From the NCBI GenBank assembly GCA_964016885.1, contig OZ024742.1:360344001-360408000 (forward strand): DNA of 64,000 bases. The letters run 5' to 3'. Origin of the DNA: Eledone cirrhosa. Taxonomy: Eukaryota. The position numbers and the translations under genes were made by a program. Of this stretch, positions 52,202 to 64,000 are shown one piece after another. The notes under the pieces are model-generated. The model was given only the letters and a program-made list of their open reading frames with translations, ran no database searches and was not told the DNA's origin. The stretch's first letter is position 1. Every line of letters starts with the position of its first letter.

Positions 52202-52347
52202 CCAAAGATTAATATGGTTCATTGATTACTCAATGAATACAGTTTTACAATAGATTAAAAGCACTCAACAGTTTAAAAAAAAATGGAGTTTTTAATATTA
52301 TTCAAATTATTAACAAATGAAAATATTCACATAATCAAAATATATGC

Positions 52348-52407
52348 TTTATTAGATATATTTCAAAAGTACTGTGTTGTTTTTTCAGTACGTCCTCATC
52401 AGATAAA
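52348..52407 (-). ncRNA. Hammerhead motif in the single-arm relative of the 23766-24300 palindrome
   Basis: UUUAU-CUGAUGA-GGAcGUACUG..CAGUACUUUU-GAAA-UAUAUC-UA-AUAAA. Confidence 0.6.
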
Positions 52408-53593
52408 ATATATGATTTGATATATGACATACCACTACGGTCTTGATATTTCAATTCCTGTATTGGCAGTGATTTATTTCATCAAATCTCAACATTTATA
52501 TACCACAAATAATATTATGATAAACTTAAAGAAGAAAAGGACGTGGTGCGCATTAGTGATATAAGAGAGGGTGTAAAGAGGAGGAAGGCAAGAAAGAAAG
52601 AAAGAAAGAAAGAAAAAGGAAAAAATAAGAATAAATAAATAAATACATACATAAATATTTAAATGAATAAAAATAAATAAAAGGATGGATGAATAGAGGA
52701 AGAAGAAGGGAAAATTAACGACAAAAGAGAGGGAATATAAAATATGTTTGGATATATAGAAAAAACCGTTGTTTTCAAATATTAGGCCAATTGAGGCAAC
52801 CAATCAATTACCATAAACCATTGAATATCTCTTGTATTTGATTATGGTTAAGCTAATTATACTTATATATTATATCAAAATTAGTCAATATACATTACTT
52901 TTTATAGCCGTCACATAATTGGTTTAATTAAAAATGTATATAATTTAATTTAACTCATTATAGATTATAATATTTGGTTTAAGTAATATATTCCTTAAGT
53001 ATTTTGTTACAACTTTTAAAAAAAATTTATCTTTAAAACAAATTTAAATAGTTATTAAACATGCATTTAAAATATATATTAAAATACATGCATATATCAC
53101 CATCAATATATTAAGATCATTTTTTAGCCGAATTATTTAATTTAAATAAATTATTTATATTCTTTAATTATCATATAATTACAGGATTAAATTGCTGTTA
53201 TATTTACTCTCAAAAGTTTTATTCCGTTAATTTATATTTACTTCTGTAATTACATATTATTATAGTTTCCCTTTAAAGATATTCTTATATTATTAAACTA
53301 TATAATTGATGTCAATATAATTTAGTAAGCTATTCAAACAGACTAAAAATATTTACGAAGAATGTAAACAAAGGGAAGATAACTCATTCACCCTATGTGA
53401 ACATTGAACTACTCTGAAATCTAATGATAATTCTAAACCATAAATCAACAATTGTCAAGTTAAACATTGAACTGTCCTAATGGTGGTGTTGGTGGCAGCG
53501 GCGGTGGCGGTGGTGGTGGTGGTGCTGCTGGTGGGGCTGGTGGCGGTGGTGGTGGTAGTGGTGGGGTGCTGGTGGTGGTGGTGGTGGTGGTGG

Positions 53594-55975
53594 TTTGCCA
53601 GAATTGAAGAGCGTCATATTAAATAATACTTTGCGGTATTTATTCTGGCTCTTTATGTTCTGAGTTCAAATCCCACCGAGGTCAACCTTGACTTTCCTCA
53701 TTCTGGGGTCGATAAAATACAAAAATAACAGTCAAATTACTGGGGTCGACTTTCCTTCTCCTACAATTGCTGGCCTTGCGCCTAAATTAGAAACCATTAT
53801 TAACAAGTTAAAAGGCGGTGGATTGGCAGAATCGGTAGCACGTCAGACACCATGCTTTGTAGATATAGAGTTACGTCCCTTTACGGACTGAGTTCAAATC
53901 CCGCCGAGGTTAACTTTGCCTTACTGGATCGATAAAATAAAGTACCAGTAATGCACTGGGGTAACTGCTGGTCTTGTGCCAAATGTAGAAACAATTATTA
54001 TTAAGTTATTCAGTTAATACTAAATACAATCCTAAACTGACCATCCTTGTCTAAACTTGACAAATATGGCAGGCATCCTGTACAAGTTGCGCCCTTTATT
54101 TAATCACACGATGATTCAACATCCTCCCTTTCTAATATTAAAGGAAGCGGTGTTTCTTTTTACTCAAGACTCAGACAGACTTGGTTTCACAGGAGAGGTC
54201 TTCTTATAGTGACGTCTTTAAGTGAATTTAAAGCATTTTACAGAAAGACAGATTATATTTTGAACACTAATCATTTTTAATGAGGAAAAGATGTGTTGTT
54301 TATTGTAAGTATGCGTATGTATAGATTTGTAATTTCTTATAGGTCGTAGGAGCGCCGTAGTGGTAAACAGCGTATCTTGAGCATTTGAAACCTGGCGGAG
54401 TCCATCCCTCATTCTTGGTCTAAACACTGCTAATTTCTTCTAAAGGGAAGGGAGAAAAAGATGTAGTGGAGGAATCGAACTCAACACCGGACTGGTACTT
54501 TTTTATCGTCCCAGAAGAGATGAAAGACAAAACTAACCTCGACGGGTTGCGAACTCAGTGGAGAGGGCCAAAACGAATGCCTCAAAATATTTTATCCGAC
54601 GTTATAACGACTCATATAACATATGGCTTCAGCAGGTGAAAAGCCGATCGTCACAGTTGAGAGTCTATTATTGCCTTTTAAAACTAAACTGCCTTAAACC
54701 ACCCCTGATTCAGTGATACAAAGTTGTTTATTTTAAAGAGTTTATATTTATCTAAAACCCTTCCTACATGATTTTATCTAACATTTGTTATGTTCCAAAA
54801 GCTAGATTAATAATTGTTTCTACTTTTGGTACAAGGCCAGCAATTACCCAGTACGTTACTGGTACTTTATTTTATCGACTCCGTAAGGATGGAAGGCAAA
54901 GTTAACTTCGACGGGATTTGAACTCAGTCCGTAAAGGGACATAACTGTGCTGCAAAGCATAGCGTCCGACCCTCTACCGATACTGCCAATCCACCAATAA
55001 TGATTTCTACATTGATCACAAAGCCAGAAATTTAAAGGAAGGTGAAAACTCATTAAATCTACCCCAGTATTTAACTGGTACTTTATTTCATCGACTTCAG
55101 AAGGATAAAAGACAAAGCTGATCTCGGTGCGATTTGAACTCAAAACGTAAAGAATCCTAATCAAATACCACGAATCCTTTTCTCCGGGGTTCTACCGACT
55201 CTACCAGTCCACCACCAGTTACAATACCTAATTGATCATCGTTTCTAATTCAGGCACAATGCCAACAACTTTGAGGGAGGTAAAAGTCGACTAAATCGAC
55301 TCCAGTACATTACTGGTACTTTATTTTATCGACTACGTAAGGATGAAAGGCAAAGCTAACCTCGGTGAAGCAGGATGTTCGACATTCTACCGATAACTGC
55401 CAATTCACCTGATCGATAATGAGAAATTAAATTATATTACAAAACCCGTCGGAAATTATTGATTATTTTCAAAATTATTTGAGAACCTTCGACCGTCTCT
55501 CGCAGAATATAGTTCGATTAATCATCAATATTTTGTATGCATTATAGAGGTAGAGGGTCGGACGCCATGCTTTGCAGCAAAGAGTTACGGCCCTTTATGG
55601 TCTGAGTTCAAATCCCGCCGAGGTTAACTTTGCCTTTCAACCTTACGGGATCGATAAAATAAAGTACCAGTAATACGCTGGATAAAATAAAGTACCAGTA
55701 ATATTGCTGGCCTTGTGCCAAAAGTAGAAACAATTATAGAGTGGAAGAGGGTTGTGAATTGGCAGAAACGTTAGAGCGTGGACAATATCCCTTGTGATAT
55801 TTGTTCTGACTCTTTCCTGTTCAGATCCTGCCGAAATCAACTTTACTTTTCATCCTTTCACAGTCATTAAAATAAAGTACCAGTAATGCACTGGGATCGA
55901 TTTAATCAACCTCCCTACCACCAACCCCTACCAGCATCTCCAAATTGCTGGCCTTGTGCCTAAATTAGAATTCAT
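53594..55975. mobile_element. Cluster of about 8 SINE family A copies in both orientations
   Basis: + copies at about 53594, 53813, 55546, 55755; - copies at about 54490, 54813, 55000, 55240. Confidence 0.85.
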
Positions 55976-56049
55976 TATAGAATAAAAGATGAGTTATCAG
56001 CGAAAGGAGTTGTTTTAATTTAGGTTTTCACTTTTGTTATTTCACTTAA

Positions 56050-56270
56050 CCCTTTAGCATTTAAACTGGACATATCCGGCTCAAATTCTCTCACCTCTTT
56101 CTGTTCAAACCGGCTGTAAGCGGCTGCTCATACTGATGTGAAGGTATTATTCTCAAAATAAATGATATCAAAATCTGATAGATTCTATATTATATGAGAT
56201 AATTATGTGAGATAAAGCCTTTATGGTGAAAATATAATAGTATATATAGAGTAATGTAAATGGTAAAGGG
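56050..56270. mobile_element. piggyBac-like MITE
   Basis: TTAA-CCCTTTAGCATTTA ... TAAATGGTAAAGGG-TTGA. Confidence 0.65.
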
Positions 56271-56718
56271 TTGAATACTTAATATGGGATGATGGTAATG
56301 AGTGGAGAGCTTTAAAAATGCAGAGAGAGAATGAGAGAGAGAGAAAGAGAGAGAGAGTGTGTGTGTGTGTGGGAGAGATTGAGAAAGAGAGAGAGTGAGA
56401 GAGAGAGTGAGGGAGAAGGAGAATAAAAGAGAATGAAAGAGATTGAGAAAGAGATTGAGAAAGAGAGAGAGAGAGAGAGCTTGAGAAAGACAGAGAGAAA
56501 GAGAGTGAGAGAGAAAGAGAGAAAGAGAAAGAGAGTGAGAGAGAGAGAGATTATAATAGTAATCGACTTCTGTTAGTTAAATTGGTGAATTTGCGTAACA
56601 TCAAATAGATGTAATCGTTTACATATTAACGAAACATGTGTAAGTTATATAATAAATATTGATCCTTTAATTATGGAATCTGGTGTATTCATGTAAATTA
56701 TCAATATATATATATATA

Positions 56719-56805
<87 letters not shown>

Positions 56806-56810
<5 letters not shown>

Positions 56811-56946
56811 GGAAAATGAAGAATCAGTGATGCATCGGAACACAATTTATTCCGGCGAACAGCTCGAGGTGCGATCTGTTTGTGGATCGAACCTGACTCT
56901 GGATTCGCAAGTTCCTCAGAAACGCACCCCAGCAACCTTACTACAA
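56806..56946 (-). mobile_element. Family C element with CUGAGGA and branched stem II, GAAAC segment deleted
   Basis: GATCGAACCTGACTCTG..TCGCAAGTTCCTCAGA matches 51637-51672. Confidence 0.7.
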
Positions 56947-57745
56947 ATATATATATATATATATATATAGTGGGGCAGTGGAGTGAGAAATCCCTAGTCT
57001 TCATTAAGATATCTCTCTTGGAGAAGGTCACTCTAATATAAAGCCTACGACTTCGTTTACATCCAATGATGAAGACCAGTTCTACTTTGGGTAAAAGCAT
57101 TTGATGTTCAGAGAGTGGGGTTGGCCGTGCAAATCCTTTCCTTACTTAAAAAAGCTTCAAGCACAGGCATCGCTTGATATGAAACATTTTTTGCGATGCA
57201 TGGCATTTCTGGCCATAGACAAGTCCCTAGTAGGACTAAAAAGCCACGCCTGCGATGCTCATACTTGAGTATCAAGCGATGGCATTACTCGAAATCGAGT
57301 TTCAGCCATAGTTATGTATATATTAGGTTGTAACATAGATTCCCGCCGTTTTGTTATTAAGAAGTTTTATAACAACGGCGGGAGTTTATGTTACAACGCA
57401 ATATATAACTCTGTATTTTAGGGAAGATGAATGTAAAATGTTATAAGGTTCCTAGTTGTTTTCTATAGGTTTGGGGAAGGATCAACAACCAGGAAACAGG
57501 ATCGCTACAGTGATAGTCATTATATAATAAGAGGAAAAATAATGATGCCTAGAATTACTGTTTTAAGGGATATTTATTACACAAGTATGAAAATAGCTGA
57601 GTCAGCTGGGAACATGAGGGCGTAGTAATTCCGACTTTCATAGAGGAATGATTGATGTTATGATGCGCTTTAATGAATATTCGCTTCTTAGTTCTGCCCA
57701 CCGGGGCCGCGGGGCGGACAGCGACAGGGCCCCCATTTGATTATA

Positions 57746-57932
57746 ATTGTTTCTACTTTTGGCACAAGGCCAGCAATTACCCAGTACATTACTGGTACTT
57801 TATTTTATCGACGCCATAAGGATGAAAGGCAAAGTTAACCTCGGCGGAATTTGAACTCAGAATGGCAAGAGCCGTAAATCTATGCGTCAAAGCATGGCGT
57901 CCGACCCTCTACTGATACCGCCAATCCACCAC
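57746..57932 (-). mobile_element. SINE family A, full length
   Basis: Full match; flanked by TTGATTATAA on both sides (possible TSD). Confidence 0.85.
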
Positions 57933-58824
57933 CCTTGATTATAACAGTGAGAGGTGAGGAGAGCGAGAGAGACGGGGGCAGTGACTATACCAGCATTACT
58001 GTAGAGTTAAAGGTTAAGTGTTTTTACGATAAATAGTCAGATAGCCATATATACTTAACGTAGTTCTCAGGGAGATTCAGTGTGACAGTTTGTGATACCC
58101 AGTTGTAAGTCATTTCTCAGTAAATCCGAACAAAACAGAATCTTACGCTGAAATATGGTTGAAATTGAAGAGTTGGAGAGTTGGGACTATTTAACCCCGG
58201 GTTTCACAATCTGGGCGATATCGGTCACTGGCAATTTCAACTGTTGTGTGGGAAATGAGCAACTGAACAGAAAATGGTGGGCAACTAGATATTCTGCTGG
58301 ATGATATAGGATGTTGAGTATCAAGAAGGTATTTCGACATATGCTACCCGAAACAAAAATATTCAAAGGAGATATACAATAAACAGGAGGCTAAATGGGG
58401 TTAACGAACCAGTTATTCCCATTTTTTTTATATGCTTTTGACAATTTACTATACAAATGGGGGGAGTGAATTTTTCCATGTCAAAGTGGGCGATGACACA
58501 AAAAAGGTTGGGAACCGCAAATCTAATTAGTATTCTGTAAATTCAATCTGTACATAAAACGGTGAAAATATACATTAATACATTAATTTTCTGAAGTCTA
58601 TAGTTATACGTCACGGGTCTTTATAGTTTACTGTTAATGCGTAAATTATATATTATCTAATTTTTAAACTTCAATCCCTGACCCCGACAACTAATATAAA
58701 AGAGCCCCCTTAGAATATAGACCCCAACTATACAAGCGGAGTTGCTGATGTATACCACAATTTCAAACTGCTAGCCTTGAGTGATACGTTGATGTAAATA
58801 ATGATCTTACAATCACATGTTATA

Positions 58825-58871
58825 TGCCTTGAAAAGTCCCACCATGTGGTCGGACGAAACGGCTGTCGGCA
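58825..58871 (+). ncRNA. Hammerhead motif with mutated core
   Basis: UGCC-UUGAAAA-GUCC..GGAC-GAAAC ggcu GUC-GGCA; core deviates from CUGANGA. Confidence 0.55.
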
Positions 58872-58937
58872 ATAAACTTGTTATAATGTTATAATAGTCC
58901 CTTTGTTCTTTTTCACTAATATATATATATATATATA

Positions 58938-59402
58938 TAATGACGAAACATAAGTCAATTGCATGAACTCATAATCCTTTATTTACTGGTATATATATTT
59001 CGATGATAGCCATTGAATGGCTATGACCTCATCAGGCATTTAGTCAGTTCTTAGATATGCCAGCTCTGTGTTTATAGTGTTGATGGTATCAGAACCTTGG
59101 GACATATGAGCTTGTTAGGAATAAATTAATGTTGTCAGCAGGAATAGTCTTGATTCTCATTGGTCAGTTTGTAGATGGTAGTAGGGTTGGTATTTGACCT
59201 CAAAGAGGCAGGAGGTTTTGTAAAGTTCAAACCGTCAGGCAAGATGACAATAGTTCCATATGACTGATTTTCACAAAAAGCATTCCTGGTCAGATATATA
59301 TTCAATTGGGGTTTATAGTATGAATAGATACTACAGGTCATTCTTAAATTGAGGAATTTATGTGGAGTGGTGCTACTGAAATTTATGGTTGGAGTAGAAA
59401 AA

Positions 59403-59403
<1 letters not shown>
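58938..59403 (-). mobile_element. Degenerate PLE 3' end with a hammerhead motif at 58985-59040
   Basis: CUGAUGA-GGUcAUAGCCA..UGGCUAUcAUC-GAAAUAUAUAUA (same family as 7154); upstream LPDGLN resembles a GIY-YIG C-terminus. Confidence 0.6.
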
Positions 59404-59471
<68 letters not shown>

Positions 59472-59480
<9 letters not shown>

Positions 59481-60220
59481 ATATATATGATGAAACACAA
59501 ATACCAACACATCTGTATTTATATTGCAAAAGAAAATTTAGCCAGAATGAAGTATACTAATTATAATATTACAGTTTGTCCATATAGATTTAAAATAATA
59601 AATCAACAAAGACGAACTGCATTGCTAAATGGCCATGATGTTTAGACACATTTAAATTTCAAAATCAAACCTGTTCCGTAGATAAGTTTAAACTTTAAAA
59701 TCCAAATATGTTTCGAGATGAATAAGTGTAAGGAATATCATGTCCTGCTCTCTTCAGTAAACATCCAGGGACAAATTGATATGCTTCACTTCTAAATAAT
59801 TTAAAAGACTGTGTAACGCACATGGTTTACAGTTTCTAGCTAGCCTCATAACCGTACTGCTAGAAATAACAGTCGTATATATGAGGCTACGTTCAGCTCA
59901 ACCTAAGGAGCAATTATATTATTAAGTGAGCTTACTGAAGAGAGCAGGACATGATATTCCTTACATTTATTCATCTCGAAACATATTTGGATTTTAAAGT
60001 TTAAACTTATCTACGGAACAGGTTTGATTTTGAAATTTAAATGTGTCTAAACATCATGGCCATTTGGCAATGCAGTTCGTCTTTGTTGATTTATTATTTT
60101 AAATCGATATGGACAAACTGTAATATTATAATTAGTATACTTCATTCTGGCTAAATTTTCTTTTGCAATATAAATACAGATGTGTTGGTATTTGTGTTTC
60201 ATCATATATATTAGTTTATA
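59472..60220. repeat. Inverted repeat, about 289-bp arms, next to (TA)n
   Basis: 59472-59760 versus 59932-60220; inner ends carry CUGAAGA-GAG..CUC-GAAAC. Confidence 0.92.
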
Positions 60221-60264
60221 CAAGGCTCAGAAATATTTCTTTCTTCCAGCTAATTCCATTGTAA

Positions 60265-60316
<52 letters not shown>

Positions 60317-60318
<2 letters not shown>

Positions 60319-60505
60319 CGAAGGAAATGTGGTAAGGAACCAGGTGGACCATAACGCACCAAAGTACTCAATACTTAGGGTAGTAGAGTGGGTAATATGA
60401 ACGAGTAGGACCCCGACGGCTGAGCTCAAGCCGTTTCGACGGCTAATTCAGTCCAGAATTAGCCGTCGAAACGGCTTGAGCTCAGCCGTCGGGGTCCTAC
60501 TCGTT

Positions 60506-60510
<5 letters not shown>
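60317..60510. mobile_element. Family D fold-back element
   Basis: Perfect arms 60399-60449 and 60456-60506. Confidence 0.88.
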
Positions 60511-60561
<51 letters not shown>

Positions 60562-60832
60562 ATAGTATATATTATAATAATAATAAATGGGAAAAAAGAA
60601 TCAGCATTACATCTTATATATATTTAGTAAGAATATGTTTCGAAACAGCGAGCGGGTTTGAAATTATTATAAATGTAAGCTAACGCCGTATTTTGACTAA
60701 AGAAATTAAAGAAATTATTTAGCCTGATAGTGGGGTTAAGAACCCTCGGAGAAATGGAAAAAGATGAGTATAATTACATATTACATATGTTTCACAGCCG
60801 ATTGGCACGGATGTGCGTCTGCGTGTAAGAAC

Positions 60833-60924
60833 ACATATCTGAGGAGGTTCCGATTCAAGAGTCAGGAACGCACATTATTCGATCGTTCCTCGAGCTGATC
60901 GGCAGTGGAACATATGTAATATGT
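60833..60924 (+). ncRNA. Family C hammerhead motif with large stem II (GAAA mutated to GGAA)
   Basis: ACAUAU-CUGAGGA-...-GGAAC auau GUA-AUAUGU; the inverted arm at 60773-60803 retains GAAAC. Confidence 0.6.
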
Positions 60925-61068
60925 AATTAAATATGTATATGATACAACGCTGATTCTTTGTACCCTATTTATTATTATTGATACTCTGCTCCTCAAGATT
61001 ATCAAGGGCTCATCTTGGCATACCGCCTGTGAACGCAATTCAATTGCACCTTTACTAACCCCCCCCCC

Positions 61069-61141
<73 letters not shown>

Positions 61142-61142
61142 C

Positions 61143-61185
<43 letters not shown>

Positions 61186-61208
61186 GTTTGCTCTACATGG
61201 GTGAATAC

Positions 61209-61413
61209 AATAAATGTAATCTGAGATTTTCGAATATTAATAATAACATTCGATTCGTTTGCAATTATACAAACATGCCTCTGTTTGCCAACACAAGAGC
61301 AAGAATGAAGGGTTCATTCTACTGACATGGCTTTAAAAATGAGGCTTGTTTGCATAATTGCAAACGAATCGAATGTTATTATTAATATTCGAAAAACTCA
61401 GATTACATTTATT
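61209..61413. repeat. Inverted repeat, about 73-bp arms
   Basis: 61209-61281 versus 61341-61413. Confidence 0.85.
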
Positions 61414-61435
61414 ACATACATATATATATATAATA

Positions 61436-61602
61436 ATTGTTTCTACTTTAGGCACAAGGCCAGCAATTATCCAGTACATTACTGGTACTTTATTTGATCG
61501 ACCCCGTAAGGATGAAAGGCAAAGTCAACCTCGGCGGGATTTGAACTCAGATCGTAAAGGGACTTAACTATGCTGGAAAGCATGGCGTCCGACCCTCTAC
61601 CG
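61436..61602 (-). mobile_element. SINE family A
   Basis: Near full-length match. Confidence 0.85.
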
Positions 61603-61607
61603 AGTTA

Positions 61608-61726
<119 letters not shown>

Positions 61727-62318
61727 GAGAAGAAAGAAGAATACTGCGTGGTTAGACATAGGTTACATATGATAAAAATAGTCCTTCGTCAGTGATTTTC
61801 CAACCATCATTGGTATTACATCGCATTAAAAATCAGATACCTCAGGTTGGTGCGAGCAATAACTAAAAAGAGTTATTGGGACCAGTAAATCGCGTAAAGC
61901 GAGGGGGACAAGTGAACAACATAGAAGGATAAAAGCAAACCAAAGAAAGGAAATAAACAAGCAACATGGTAGTCCTGGTCAGCATAAACTGGGTGGATTT
62001 CATGAGCGATCAAGATACAGACACGTCCAGCGTGAGTGGGATGTAAGCAAGAAGAGACCCACTGTTAGCCAAACGGGAGGAGGTGAGAAGGGGAGAAACC
62101 GAGAGTCAGTGAGTGGAAGTGCGAGGAAGCGGTCAGTCGAGAGAAAGTGTAACTGACAGAGGGGGCGAAGAAGGTGAGAGCAACAGAGAGAACGGGGGAG
62201 CAGTAAGAGAGAAACAGACAAACGCAGCCGAGGTGAATATATATAAAAAACATGAGAAGAAAGAAGAATACTGCGTGGTTGCACATAGGTTACATATGAT
62301 AAAAATAGTCCTTCGTCA

Positions 62319-62520
62319 GGAACGAGTAGGACCCCGACGGCTGAGCTCAAGCCGTTTCGACGGCTAATTCTGGACTAAAATCCAGAATTAGCCGTCGAAA
62401 CGTCTTGAGCTCAGCCGTCGGGGTCCTACTCGTTCCTATTACCCACTTTACTACCCTAAGTATTGAGTACTTTGGTGCGTTATGGCCCATCTGGTTCCGT
62501 ACCACATTTCCTTCTTTATA
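62319..62520. mobile_element. Family D fold-back element fused to a family E repeat
   Basis: Arms 62319-62374 and 62380-62436. Confidence 0.85.
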
Positions 62521-62546
62521 TATATATAATTCTTTAAAATGTACAT

Positions 62547-62617
<71 letters not shown>

Positions 62618-63493
62618 AAGTGTGTGTAATCCTTGGAACAGTTAGGTATATTAAGACAGGGGGGAAGAAAAAATGGCTTCACTTGTGCTTTCAACAAATT
62701 TATTTTCTTCACAAAATCCAAAAAGAATTTTTTTCCCGGATTAGAAAAAAAATTTTTTTCTTAAAAAAAATTATTTTATAAATTAAGTTAGGTCTTAGGA
62801 GTTCTTGGTTAACGTAGGAGGTATTGTTTCGTTTTTAGAACGACCTTTCAAGCTGAGGTGCGCTTGTCAAACTGATGTGTATGTGGTGTGTTGTTCTATA
62901 TATAGGGATTTAACATGTCTGTGGTGTGGTGGGGTTTTTTTTCTCCCCCTTTTAATAAGTGTATGGGTGTAGGTGTGTTGAAAAAGTGTTAATAGCAGTA
63001 ATGAGTTGAGACGGTGAGTAGGGTTGGGTGGGGAGAAATGTAGCAAGTGCGGCCTGCCCCGGTCATTCTCGAAAAATTCCTTTATTCAGGGGATTCCTTT
63101 GTGTTGAGAATGGTCACAGGCAAATCGCACCTGCCAAGTTTGTAAACAATTATTTTTTTCCTGAAGAATTTTTCTACGTCCATCCCAAAATTAGTCCTTT
63201 GTTCAACACACACATATGTGAGTATATACGTACATACACACACGGGCATATGTAGGAATATATAGGCACACACCCATGTACATATACATCCACATACATA
63301 CACAAAAACATATAAAGACATATATAAAAACACATATACACATACGTACACACACAAATATGAATTCATACCTCCACATGGGTATATATATATATACATA
63401 CATACATATACATACATATACACACATAAAGATACATAACTAAATATATATATATACCCATACACCCACACACACACACACACACACACACGT

Positions 63494-64000
<507 letters not shown>

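Noticed and set aside
62610-63210. Possible PLE 5' region with a hairpin at about 63040-63135
   Set aside because: Too degenerate to assign; no recognisable motif.

Overview
Eukaryotic, gene-free, repeat-dominated DNA. It is AT-rich with very long (TA)n/(CA)n/(ATGT)n/(CAA,CAC)n tracts, and its SINE repertoire resembles that of octopod cephalopods (inference). Nearly all long ORFs in the supplied track are microsatellite artefacts. Real content: one tRNA-Leu(AAG) gene; an apparently intact, young Naiad-type Penelope-like retroelement (PLE; RT + GIY-YIG, 897 aa, 283-bp direct pseudo-LTRs, each with a hammerhead ribozyme); a 5'-truncated relative with an inverted pLTR; a frameshifted Neptune-type PLE; CR1/L2-type and RTE-type LINE fragments; a non-autonomous Helitron retaining a spliced STPR-like mini-ORF; MITEs; about 16 tRNA-derived SINE copies; and a 48-bp minisatellite amplified from an RTE coding motif. 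The most striking signal is more than 20 type I hammerhead ribozyme motifs from many unrelated families, found by eye on both strands. Most lie in short PLE-terminus elements embedded in (TA)n tracts, many of which are fold-back inverted repeats. One family folds back repeatedly at the same point, inside the presumed ribozyme stem II. All ribozyme calls are manual motif and base-pairing readings; activity is untested.
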